Part shown: piece after piece, positions 39,301 to 64,000 of the stretch
Numbering within the stretch: the stretch's first letter is position 1
Layout of the letters: each line of letters starts with the position of its first letter
Origin: Tubiluchus corallicola
Lineage: Eukaryota; Animalia; Priapulida
DNA: 64,000 nucleotides
Assembly: GCA_030141605.1 (NCBI GenBank)
Contig: JAQGDQ010000028.1
Location: 124,001 to 188,000 of the forward strand
Direction of reading: 5' to 3'
Notes under the pieces: model-generated
Databases searched by the model: none
What the model was told of the DNA's origin: nothing
What the model saw: the letters and a program-made list of their open reading frames with translations, nothing else
Made by a program: the position numbers and the translations under genes

Positions 39301-40323
39301 TCACTCATTCTCTCCCGCGCTCTCTTTTTCTCCTGTGTCTCCCTCGCTCGCACTCCATTTCTCAGCTATTCTCTGCTTGCACTTCAGCTTCATACTGGCT
39401 GGATGAGGCACATGTTGGTGCGCAGTAACACAGTATAGAAATCAGTCAACATTCAATGCGTCGAAGTAACAATCACTAAAAGCTGCAGGCGTCAATTATT
39501 ATGTTAGATAGTTACTAAATAAAACACGTAAGTTTATCAAATAAATTAAAAATTTTAGTTAACTTTATGGCAAATCTATCAGATTATTATTATTTCGCGA
39601 TTTCTTTCTTTGCGTGTTTTTATACTTGATAATCTAATTTTCGGGATTTAAGAGAAGTTGATGTTTTGGTAAAAGTAACTGTTTTTGTGACCAAAACTGG
39701 TCACTGCCCACACTGTGCTAATGTTTTATATTAGAATATTTTTAGCTTAAATAAAAGTATTTATTGAACAAAGTGTAAAAAGTAACTTATAATTTTACAT
39801 AAAGTATATTTAACATTTACCAAAAATGCATTCTATAATCATTGTAATCTAGTTACCTCATTTTACACTATTATCCTTTTATTTTATTTTTTCAGATTTA
39901 GCATATTTGTTAAATGAATTGAAGCTGAACAACTCAACATCAGTGTGAAGTGAACTAAGGTTTTCAAAAACCTTTTGGTGTGTTTTGACTGTCATTGGTC
40001 AATTGAAAAGTGGATAGTGTCTACAGACGAATAGCAACATCTTGCAAAAACAGTCCTGAAAAACTGACCAGCACGGTGATCGCTCTAGTTACATAATCGA
40101 GCGAATGCGCAAAATTATAATGAGACTCGTATTATTAAACCAATAATTTGTTTGGAAAGAGAGAGCAAACGGATATTAATAAAAATAATATTTGAAGACT
40201 TCGTTATCGATTCTTGGATAGAAAATTGGTAAGTTTAGTGTATCTTAATGTAAGGGTATCTTTTAGTGTAAAGGTAAGTATCTTTTGTTTGTATTTCAAT
40301 TTACGGATAAATTGTAGAAAGTC

Positions 40324-40388
40324 CAATATACAATTTACAATATATACAATGTGTACATATACAATATACAATGTGTACAATATACACA
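40324..40388. repeat. Degenerate TACAAT(A)-type short tandem repeat
   Basis: Repeated (ta)tacaat words. Confidence 0.6.
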
Positions 40389-42135
40389 TTTTTATAGCCT
40401 ACACAGGCAGTCAGCCATTAATTAATGTTATTAATCAATAACCTAATAGAGTTAGCGTAATGTTGTTTGTTGAACTGTTTAAAGAGTAGCATGCAGCTTA
40501 GGCACAAAATTTACTAAAAGTATGATGTAATTATTTTAATAAATATCCCGAATTTTATAGGATGTATCTATTTAAAATATCGCAACCTGAAGGTGATTGC
40601 TAGTGTGAAATGGAAACGTGATTTTTTAATAACAATGATACAAATTCATAGATGTTGTGGGATATTTATCAAACTGATGTCGCTCTTGCTGTATTTGACA
40701 TCACTGTATTTTTACGTAGCGTGTCTGACCTACTTACACAGAGACACCAAAAAGTTTTCAAACTTTCCTGTTTTCATTAATATGCGATTGTTGCCTGATG
40801 ACTAATACAAAGTGTGACCGAGCCTTTAGTGATGATATGAGTTTTTGTATGCAATGTTTGTTAAACATTTAAATTTGAAAGGAAGGGCATTGTATGGCTT
40901 TATGACGCACGATAGCTACGTGCGAAATCGAGCGTACACGAACATAATGTTAAATCCTCTTAGGTTTACACCATGCATCTTTCAAGTAGTTACGACATTA
41001 ATTATATTTTTCCGTTTTCAAGACAATCAATTATTTACTTTTATCAGCCGAAAGGCAGACCTATTCAATTCCTGGTCCTATATTTCACCTAGCTTTAATT
41101 CCATACACTTTACTGTATTTTATTTATTTTACTTTGCACTCATCATAGTTTGTAGCTACTGCATAGTTAGTAAATAGTGTACACGAAATAATCTAAACAT
41201 TGACAATAGCACAAATGTAACTTGCAAATTGTAGTAGTTAGGCTATATGATAAAGTCCTATAGTATCACAAAGTGTCTAGGAGGGTTTGACTGCCATTAC
41301 ATTATGTCAGTCGTTTCCTGTTTTGAGTAGTAACTAATTTGTATGCAAATCAGTTCATTTCAATTCAATGCGTTATGTTCTAACGACTAAACGAACTGAG
41401 CGGACGCTTAGTTCGCCGCACTACTTTGTAAAAAAATAGGGCTGTTATGTACTATGAACACTGGTTACCGTTGAATACTTGCGGTTGCCGCTGCGCAGGG
41501 CGTGGGGGAATGTCCGGAAAAAATCCTCGCCATCGTAATACCAATTAATTATAATAATAATTCTATCCATCAATGACTATCATCTTTTTCATTTGCGTGG
41601 CACGCGTCACCCGGCGTGTATACTATCGATAACAAATAAAGTACTACTACGTTAGATTAACAGTTTCACTGATATTTACAAAGAGTAAATTGTAATACAC
41701 AAAGTAAAAAATTCAAATCGATGATTCGATGCAAATTATTTTTTGGCGGTCATGCTCAAATTAGCTTTTAAATTCGGAGGAACGTTAGATATAATTGGGG
41801 CCGCGAGCGTTCGTCATAAACTAACACACACCTGAGCCGAGACGCACAGCACCTGTTTTTTGTGCAATGCATTTCCGAAATGCAGGCGCTAGTGCCCGTC
41901 TAACTATCGAATGGCGAAATACATGTAACAGCGAAGAACTAGTAGCGCGAACGCGAAACTGTGTTTATGTGGTAATAATTCTTTCACTTAAGTCATTCTT
42001 GAAAAAATGGTGTTTCCTTTCAATATTTTAAAGAACAGATTCTTTTGACATACACTTTAAGAATGCGTCCGGTTTTGCTTCATGAATTTTTCCTACACTG
42101 GACTCACTCACTGATTTTTCCTCTTTTTTCTACAG

Positions 42136-42183
42136 TATGGCTATCGATCTGCAAGGCGGAATCCAGCACTTAATGTCAGTCTG
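42136..42183 (+). other. Probable 5'UTR exon of the TSPN-domain gene
   Basis: Strong acceptor (ctcactga...tttttcctcttttttctacag) and donor CTG|gtaggc; downstream of a CpG-rich stretch at about 41400-41960. Confidence 0.45.
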
Positions 42184-42507
42184 GTAGGCCTATTTAATAT
42201 CAATGGTTGTGGTAGGACCAGAATTTAGTTCTTATCAAGATTAGTCCTTTAGGCTATGAAGCAAATGGCAAGTCGGCCTGTCGCTCCAAAATTTACGTTC
42301 TACCAAGAAATTTCCTCAGCTCGCGAATCATAGCCTCTTTGATGTTTACATATCTAAGAGATTTTACACATGCAAAGTATTTTGTTATTCTCGGAGAAAA
42401 TCATTAAAACAAGAAAATTTTAACGGCTCTACAACTTTGTGGCGTTTTCTTGTCAAACATAAACTGCTTTTCAATTACCCGTGTTTAATATTTGATAGGA
42501 CTTCTGC

Positions 42508-54176
<11,669 letters not shown>

Positions 54177-57100
54177 GTAAGATTTGATATTTAACTTTGT
54201 AATACCTTATTATTATTAGTCATGTAAGTTCTCTCACTAGTTATTTCAGAGCGAGACATTCTCTTATGTCACTTACAATATCACTTATAGTTAAGGCTTT
54301 TCCTGGCCATTGAATTTAAACGTGCAACTGAATGTAAACGTGTTAGCAAAACAGCAAAAACTGATGGTTTTGTGAATAGCAGAAGGGAAAAAATAAAATA
54401 AAATTGGAACAAAATTAATCCTCCTGTTGATATTCCTATTGGTTCTGAAAAAAAGTCCGTCTGTTTTTATGTGTGATTTTTCTACTAAAAATACATAGAT
54501 TGATTGTATATGGAATATCTACAGAATAATGGTTACTATTTCTTTCTTTTTCATCTCCTGCTCCTTTGTTCAACATTTGTTTGCAACAGAGAGCCTGTTA
54601 TCTATGTAATTTTTAGTGGTGATCATCTTGTTTTGCATTTTCATTCACAAATTATTAACTACGCAAGAAAGGGCTCCACTCTGCGCAATCGCATCGTTCA
54701 TATGGCAGGATGAACGCAATGAGTTATTATTTGGAGGTCGTTAACCTGTGACACTGATACGTCAGCATTAAATTGCATCATAAGATGCTGCAGCGTACGT
54801 GGGAGAATCACGCATCGTAGTTTGCTCGATGTCTTCTGGTAGCTTTATTACGATAAAATCAATTTAAAAAAATATAAAGCTCTGATTTGGATCAGTGAAA
54901 TGAAATCTGTTTAGTATAGAGCTTTAGTTAGTAGTAAAATTCAATAGAAAACCTCGGCTTATAAAAATTTGTTTTTCTTGCATCATTTTGTGTTTCAATG
55001 AACAGTGTAATGATATAACCGATGGAAATTTTTTAAACCGAGTACACGCGTGCCAGAAACAACGTGCCAACTTCCACTCATCAAAACCTCCTTGAAGATA
55101 CTTCCTGGGCTGCGACAATGTCTTGAATTCCATATAGTTGCACAGACTGGAGAAAACCTTCTGGGCCTGTTCTGGCTCTCAAATAATTGAAATAAACATT
55201 GTTTTTAGACATATGGGAACAAATTATGAAACACTTTCATAAGCGCTTATAAAATAGGCTGCGCTCATTCGTGCTGAATGCATGGACAGTTTCGCGCTTA
55301 TTAGCAAGGGAGCCGTGGGTGGATTTTTGCGTAAATATGTAAGCGTCACTTTGTCGACCACTAGATGAGTAACAGAAGATTTTATATATCAGAAACAAAA
55401 AGCACAAATTTACTTTTTAAGCAGAAGAAACGAGAGTATCACGAATAATTTTTTAATTAATTTACATAATTTATTGTTTTCACTAACCACGAAGAATGAA
55501 AACAAAGTGACGTAATAATATATTGATGCGTGTGTTATAACACATAGTTGCTACTCTTTAAAAAACTTTATGCAAAATGTACAAAAATAGACTGGCATCA
55601 AAGCAGGTAGCTTTGTGCAATATCACAAACTCCTTGAGTTTTGACATTCATATTAAAAATTCGATAGCCGCCGCTTATCATTTTATTGTCCTGTAGTTTA
55701 TATTTTCAAATATTGCCTCCCCGTTTGTCCTTTTTTCTGAGATCGTATGATGCTTTTTCGATTTCTTGTCAAATAAACCTATTATGTCCTGTGTTCTGGA
55801 ACATCGCCAGAACTTCAACTAGTATTGAAATGTAAGCTCCAACCTGATGACTTCGACCTTGAACGTAATAGAAAGTCTATGCGTCGTTTTACTGGGTCAC
55901 GTCCTTTACAAAAACCAGGGGTCTAATTAGATGTTTAACTAGTCGGAGGATTGGAGAAGGCATATAGCAATTAACCGCATGGCCAACACCAGAATCTCAC
56001 AAGCGGCGGTCGGTATCATCTTCTAGTGGCTTCTGTTAGAGAGGAAAACGCCGCAAAGTGCTCGAGGTAATGATTGGGGAAGGGGCATATCTGGAGGAGG
56101 GAAGTGAAACGCTTTCAAGTTGACTTATGTGACACAGCATCTGCACTTTGTGCTGCTTCAGCTTATTCTTGCACAGTGGAGAGTGAAAAGACATTTAATT
56201 TGGAGCATACAAAGAATTTCGGGTTACGAGATTTAAGGCCGTCAACAGGGTGCATAAAAATTACCCATCAAGTGTCCGTTTTCGGGTTTAAGAACACACA
56301 TCGTGAATCTTGGCCCAAATTTATGCACAAGTGCAGAAAAGTGACGTCACGGAAAAGCGCTTTACTGAAGAAATGGATAGTGTGTTGTGGGTATCAGTCT
56401 TGCGCAAATTATTCCAAGCTAATGGCCTTTCACTAGCCATCTGACGTCTTCTTCATTTACAAACTTTCTTCCTCAGTTTCCCCTTCAAGGGTCGCTACCT
56501 TGCGCAGTCAACTATATTTCTGAAGCTAAGTGTTTTCATTTGATTTGCATGGGGTAAGCAATTTACCGGGAAAACTACCGGCTTTGTAACGTTAACTTCG
56601 AATTTTCAGGGAATCGAGAAAGTCGAACCATTTTTAAACCTGTTGAAACCTTTATTTCACCCCCTCCCCCTATTTTAGTAATAGTGGTGTTTACGAATGG
56701 CACTGAAGTGTGAAAATAGAAAATTTTAGGAGGAAAGTTACTGAAAGGAATTAGGTGAGTTAATAAATTCGGAAGAGTTGCGTTCTAGCTTTTAAATTAT
56801 AATATACGTACACGTGTTGAAGTTTTAAAGCTTTTGCACTAGTTTATTCTTTTAACATGGCTCTAAGCAATTAGTGCCGAGTTTTCCTTTAGCTTTAGTC
56901 CTTGAGCTTACTTCTTCTAGACATTATAACGTTCAAAGTATTGAGCTGTTTGCTAAGCATGTCCGCCTCAACTCTGTCTGCTAAGCATGTAAGCATCTGC
57001 TTCGCATAACCTCAACTCGTGTTTCAACTTTTGTTTCTCTGTTTCGGGCAGTGTTTTTATTAAGCAAAGCTCAAAACATGTTTGCCCACTAGGTGCACTA

Positions 57101-57588
57101 AACGCATCTGGAGAGACGCGCAAAAGATGGTTTCCGCTCTACGAGCAACAACATTATGACCTAACGTTGATAAACCTAAGATTAGATCAACCAATCAATC
57201 AAATAATCTTTTTGCCAAGATTATTTGAGCTATAAATAAGACAAAACTTCCCAAAAAATCTTGGGCATGGTTTGTCTGAAATTAAATCACCTAGTTTATG
57301 ATTAGTCAACTTGAATTAATAATCGATGTAGACTTTTCAACGACAAAGGCACGACTTCAAAGAGTCAAAGTATTTGTCCTAGTAGTGAACTTTATGTTGT
57401 CGCTAACCTCACAATATTGAGCCAGTTGTTTTACACTGCTCTAACAGCAGGTGCATACAAATGCAATGGTTACTGACCCTGAATAACTATAACGAGCACC
57501 ATTACCATCACCATTACAAAAAACGTCATTACAAAAAGCAAACGAAACTTAATGCTCGACTAGTTGGGTGTAATAAACTTATTATTAG

Positions 57589-57591
<3 letters not shown>

Positions 57592-57658
<67 letters not shown>

Positions 57659-57662
57659 TAAC

Positions 57663-57720
<58 letters not shown>

Positions 57721-57739
57721 GTAGTAATAATAATAATAA
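57592..57739. repeat. (AAT)n microsatellite with AAC/AGT interruptions
   Basis: Direct reading. Confidence 0.98.
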
Positions 57740-60700
57740 CCGTTTTTAGTTAAGTTTTGGGGTTGCTTCTTGTTAGAACACTGCAAAATACTTGTAGTGT
57801 ACTAGTCGGAATCAGTTAGGTTACAAATTTCATTGCAAAAGCTATTACGAAAATTTAACCTAAGGATTACTATTAGCATAATAATCAATTTATTTACTGC
57901 AACCCCAGAAAAGCAAACTAACAATGACTAGATTATTATATTGTGAGCTTATTATTGCTATTTTTATATTTGTACTAACATACATTATAATAATAGCAAC
58001 TGTGGTAATAGTAAATCATGATTAACTGTTAGGAGTATCTATACTTAGATTACTTCGGCAATGAAACTCAAGTTACAAAACACTCATATAGAAAGAAAGT
58101 AACCAAGTGGTAGCAATGTTCTTACATACAAATTTAAGCTGTGCTGAACTTAAATGGATAAACGATGCCTGGAGCTGGAGCACTCCGTCTGCCATACTAC
58201 CTGCATTTCTTTCTCGTTGAGGGTAACTGTTACGTACCCATCCAAAGGTGGCTAAGATATCTCATCGATAGTCGACACACTCAGATTTGTCACGGTATCT
58301 ACTGTCTACGACTGCAGCAATAGCCCAGTACTGCTGCAGTTGCAGGTCCTCACTAACTAGTTACTAGTGGGATCTCTGTTATCTCTGTTGGTTTAGCATC
58401 ACTGCCTGTGTTAGTGACTTATCTAAATTACGAAATCGACTATACAGTATATACAATTTTGAAAGAAAATTTTGTAAAAATTAACCTTCTTTTGAGTCAT
58501 CATCTTCTTTTTTTTCATGTCTTTGTGGAGATTTGGTGACATAGCACAGCACTATTCGACCATATCCCTCAAATTTGTAGTTTGTGCAACACACACGAGA
58601 CTTCCACATTAAATGTATGATAGATTCTATTGTTACAACGTTCTTCTGTATTGTTACTAATTGCATTTATATCCCCTAGTAAAATGTTGTACATCCTGTG
58701 TTTCAAATTGTAAGGCACGGTTTCCAGCCTTACATGAGATTTGTGACTGTTATGAACTGTCGTAGTCGCCGTGCAATACTCAACCCACGGTGTTGTATTA
58801 TGCAGTTATGATTTCCCGTGTCGCTTGCGTCCTTTATTGCGAGAATTTCAAAATAAAATTTCTTCATTTACCTGGCTTGGGGCAGATTTCTTTTAATATC
58901 TACAATAAACGTAATGCGCATATGATGCTGATCAATTCTACATCAGACAGAATGAGACGTTGATAATGAAATTCCTCTATTATTTATGCTAACTGAATTC
59001 AACTTCATTTTCTCAATAATACTTAATAGTTAAAAATTCCATATGATTATTTTGACATTTCAGTGTAACTGAGAAGGAACAGCGAAAGACTTGTTGGTTA
59101 CATGATAACCCGCCCGTTATTAAAAATACAACTCATTACAAGTTTACTTACTGGCGCAGAAATTTTTTTAGGTGATTATTATAGAAAAAACATTACACTT
59201 AGTATTTAAAATAAATTTGGTATTAGATTATATTATGAGTAGCAGAAATGGTATTGTGTATACTTAATCACTTTGTCTAGTCTCATTTTTAAAGAGTGGA
59301 AAAATGGTAAACCGCAATTTCTTCAAAATTGAATACAAGGTTATATTTTGATAACAATAATATTTATACTATTCAGTTCAATTCTATTTCAATTTATTTA
59401 TCTCTTAATGGTGTTACAATAAAACACGATTAATAAAAGAATCTCTAATAAATTTTGAAAAATGGTTAAAATGTATAGATAGATCTAGAGAAAGGATAGC
59501 GAAAAGACTATAAAGTCACCTAGTCTGCTATCCTTAAACTATACGCATAAATTTATGATAAAACAGAAACAGTGTCAATAATGTCAAGATGCAACACAAA
59601 ACCGAATCAATAAATATATCTGATATCATACGAGAACAAAAAAGCAAACAAAAATCTTATATCTTAATACTAACTAAATACTAATATCTAACATATCTAT
59701 ATCTTATATTTAATCTTATATCAAAAATCTAACAGAAGAATATATACAACTTTTTGAACTTGGTATACCTAACAAGACGGAAGCCAATGGACTAATTCAG
59801 AGGCATTGTCTGCCATTGACTGGCATGTTATTTGACAACCAAAATAATTGCAAGTCATTTAAGTGTGTGATGCAGTGCTACCGTTGTACTGTCACAGTAC
59901 TGTGGCACAGTGCAAAAAGCCAAAAAACCTTTCAAGCAATTACCTGAAAAATGCCTTGGCTAGGAGGCTGACAGTTGATCACTTAGTCTAATGTACTGAA
60001 TCAATGTTGGGCAGATACTTCTCAAAATTGATATACTTGCTTCACACTTTGTGTTATATTAATAACCTGCTAAAATTCATGATTAAGTACCATTTATTGG
60101 TTTAATAGTCATCATATAGGTCCTAACAGTGCAACTGTTTCCCAAGGCTGAATTTACACTGGAAAGCTTGCATAACAGTAAATGCAATGCAAATTTAGAA
60201 TTGTGTAGCAATCTTACAGTTTTGTACCATTGTGTACAAAGCAATAAAATTTTTCTAAATAAAAAGTCGGGCTTAGTTACCAAAAATACTTATCAGAACT
60301 GTTCAATACCGCAACTGATTTAAACAAGTTTTATTTTGAACTTTGATACTTAATTGATCACTTCAGGTGCATCATCAGCTGCTCTTTTCGAACACGCAAT
60401 ATTTTTCTTCCTATGCACAGCGAAAAATCTATACATACAACTTACTTGCAGTGACAATTTATTGACATTGTAGGTTAGTGAACCTTACATGCGAAATCTG
60501 CAGACAGTGCACCATAGCGTTATCTAGTTTTGTCGGATCAAATATAATTTGCTCACGATTATGTGCCCGCTACCATTGATAAACTTAGTAGTTTTGGTTA
60601 TACACCTGTAGATAAAGTCAGAGAGTACTGCTGACTCTAGAGATGTGCATGTAAGGTTTTTTTACAGAAATAAATAGCTCCTCAAAAATTGATTAGAAGT

Positions 60701-62269
60701 GATTGCGATGCAAAACTATAATTGCATACTAACTGAATACCTGGCGAAAGTTGTGTATCATTTTGCGATGTGATGTACAAGACAAGTTCAGCCCTGGTTT
60801 CCCCTTGTACAGGCTCACTAACTAAAATGATTTATCGTCTTTTGGTTTTTATCAATACTCATTACTCAACAATGTTTCTTTGATCTTAATTTATCACTTC
60901 ACTTCAATCATTTCTTCATCCAAAATGTAGATTATGAACAAAAAAATAGAGTACTAGAATTAACAAAGAAAATATTTTCAATTAGTACCAATGTTGGCAA
61001 GTAAATGTTGTATTTACATTATTCTACATTGTACAGTGAAGTTGGCAGGCTTCCAAAATAATGCACTAAACTGAAAACAAGCCAGTTTACTAACCAGTAA
61101 TGTCTCTGTGTCACTTTTTTGCTTTGACCTTTCAAGATTTGTTCAATAAAGAAATTACTTCGTGTAACCTGATTCATGCTTATCTTTGTCCTCCCTCGAC
61201 TCCCGGCTATAAGTTTATACCGATGAAGTTATGTATGAATAGGCATCTGTTTTTAATTTTCAACAGTACTTTTGAAAATAGAACAATTTTTAAGCGTTTT
61301 TTTTCGATATGCCCCAGTCAAGGCCAGAGGCCATTTATGATGAAAAATGCAAGTAGTATGTAAGAACATTACATAATATATACATAGAAACTCAGAAACT
61401 ACTTTGTAGGAGTAACTCAGAAACTGATGGTAACCTGACTGTACTTCACATCAACCTTGTTTCCATTTGATTTTGCAGCGGTGGGCCTATATGATGAGCA
61501 ACTGAAGCAAAGTAACTGTGAGCCTGGTTAGAGCAAAATTGGTGGCCATTGCTGACTAATAGGAAAATTGGATATCTTTAGCTTTTAATCTCACTGAGAA
61601 AATGTTTATGTGCTCCCGAATATGTCTAAGACATCTCTCACATCTCCCCCTTGTGCCTTATTTCTAAAGGATTTCTTGGTACTGAGGTAGATTCTTGTGT
61701 GCCACAACCACTAGCATAGTAAGCAGACTCTGACTTTGGCTGTTGCTCTGGTGCTCCACAACTTAGCATCAAGCTGCCAATGCAAAATCTATATTTGTAG
61801 TTAGCAGCTTGTATTCTGGTAAATAGCATGTGAATAGGTTGCAAAAATAAAAAAAAACATAATAGTTTAAGGCCTTTTAATCGATTTGACATCCATTATT
61901 GGAAATATCAACACAACAAAAATCGTAGGCGGATCCATGAATACGTTTATGAGTTTTGTTGTGTTGATAGTGTTAACATCTTTGAAAACTTCATTTTTCT
62001 TGACGTGAGTTTAAATTGTAAATTTAGCTGCTGCATATAAATCCATATAAATTAATTACATTTATGTTTACAGCTTGAGTGATATTAATAGAATGCAGTA
62101 CATATGAATGCTTCAGGTATTTGCGTTTCGTTTTAGTATGACCTCAATTTGTGTCTTCAAGATATTTTTGTAACTTCTCATTTCATGATAGAATAAACCA
62201 ACATTTTACCTTCATAGATTATCCAGTTGGTTCACATGTTTTGTCCAATGTAGTAACTAGCCATAACAG

Positions 62270-62840
62270 CTAAAAAATGGAGTATTCGATTATTTCTCTG
62301 CAACGTAGCAGACTTTATGACGCCCCTCTTTATATCTTCACATCTGTTTCGTAATTAACCCAGAGATTCTTCTCTCCATTAAATTAAAAGCTGTTTGTTT
62401 AACGTGTTATTTCATCTCTGCCGAATTTTCATTCTTTCCTGCTCCACATCTGGCTACGAATTTCCTTTCGCGTGTTTTTTGGCACAAGCATCGGCGATAA
62501 AGGATGAAAACTTTGGTAATAAATGTGCCATTTTCCATGTGCTGTTGAGCCCGGTATGAAGCCTATTTCTTACTGGATGCATATCCATGACAGGGTAATT
62601 GCAACGAACTTTGTCATTTATTGTCACTTGTAGCTTTTTCCAATCTTTTAAGCATTGCCTGTTTCAATAAACACTAATACTTGTCTTAGAAAAAGTGCTT
62701 GACTTTTATCAGCATGTTTGCAGGTCTATTTTTCAAGTCAGCTTTTATCAATTGAACCTTCCAAATATGATGGAAAAATGTGGTTCCAGTCACTGAACTT
62801 GAAGTTTATTAGCAAACTTCCAAATACAATATTTGGAGAA
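62270..62840 (-). mobile_element. Decayed RTE-like LINE fragment (endonuclease-RT linker)
   Basis: Frameshifted relics SVTGTTFFHH, KLT*, DVEQE, VKQTAF and LWVNYET in the order expected for RTE ORF2. Confidence 0.35.
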
Positions 62841-64000
62841 AAAAAATATGTAGGGCTCACAGCTTGTCGTTGAACAAAGTTCTGAGTATTAGTTTAGAAC
62901 CGTACAAAACTGCAAACAAAATACTTACTAAAAGTAAAAGAATGAGTTTTGTTGTACATAAAAAGTTGATTTGTTTGTATTGCACTGACAGTCTTAAAGG
63001 AGGTCCATAGATCTATACTATTTAAAGCAAAACTGCTACAACAGGTCAAAAGCAGCATTCTCTACTCTTGACTGTTTTATATATTGTACAGCCTATACAA
63101 AAAAATGAGTTTTTTCCCTTTATTTTGTAAACAAAACAAATAATCACAATATTCACAAATTGCAATTGTTTTTTGTATTATTAATCTATTATCTACAGTT
63201 TGTGCAAAAACAAAGGCTAATATAAGTCATTTTTGTGTAACACATTAATGCAAAGGTATTACAAAGCTAACATTATTGCAAGATTTTGGTGCTAATACCA
63301 GTGGTCTAGTGATTGCAAACTGCACCATCTGTGCTATAATAGTATCTCAATCCTGTAGTCACTAACACAATCTTGGCATTGATCAAACAATTACAATGCC
63401 TGCTGTGCAAACTTGGACCATGTTTTATCTAATGCGAGAAGGAAGTGAGCTTTTATTTTGCAGTTAAGCAGATGTTTTTTGTCGTAAATTTGTGTTTAAA
63501 CAGTAGGGTGTTCCTGTGTACTACTACTTGTTCACTTGTTTTGATTTTAGACAACATTCCTGACAGACAGTTGATGAGTATGACTTAAATAAACTTATTT
63601 AAAACCCATCTAAATTCATATATCTTCCCTCCTACACATCCTGCATGAGTTTATAAATTTAGCGCGGGAAGTTTTTAAAGATGTTTTTGGTTAGCTGTGT
63701 GCACTCAGTGATAGCAAGATTTTTTTCTCAGATAACCAACAATCACTGCAATATAGCTACATAAATTAGAAGTCATAAATCTGAGGTTTCGTAAGGCTTT
63801 CCTATACACTGCATTTGAAAAGTAGTAAAAATCTGTGGAATAGATGAATTTGTGGTTCACAGTAAACATGTTTAAGATGTTGGGACTTTTCTATTTCACC
63901 CACGTCTGCTGACAGCATTCCAATCAAAAGTAAAGCATGGCTATTCAAAAAGTTGCAGTGAAGCTTGTTATCATATCTCTCCAAATAATCAAACAAGTAG

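Noticed and set aside
57529-57786. Poly-Y and poly-N ORFs
   Set aside because: Translation of the (AAT)n microsatellite.
54177-64000. Candidate further exons of the TSPN gene (for example acceptors near 54588, 56609 and 61478)
   Set aside because: They hit early stops or give unrecognisable peptides with weak donors; no vWC, EGF or Gly-X-Y signature is seen.

Overview
AT-rich, intron-rich animal (most likely invertebrate) nuclear DNA, not prokaryotic, so most entries in the six-frame ORF track are spurious. Three protein-coding genes can be assembled by hand from GT-AG junctions with consistent phases. (1) A PACS-family (phosphofurin acidic cluster sorting) gene on +, with 19 coding exons between 9344 and 29005 (2460 nt, 819 aa to the stop); its canonical N-terminal exons were not found in the window. 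(2) A FAM50/XAP5 gene on -, 332 aa, with only one coding intron, tail-to-tail with PACS. (3) The 5' part of a secreted TSPN/laminin-G-domain gene (thrombospondin/NELL/kielin/collagen-type N-terminus) on +, which probably continues beyond the window. Introns and spacers carry several MITEs, a tRNA-derived and a 5S-derived SINE-like relic, decayed LINE fragments, a degenerate ~110-bp tandem array, an 83-nt hairpin and microsatellites. I see no convincing wholly new biological system. The best leads are gene-structure oddities: the intron-poor FAM50, candidate PACS cassette and micro-exons, an alternative PACS N-terminus and an intronic hairpin.
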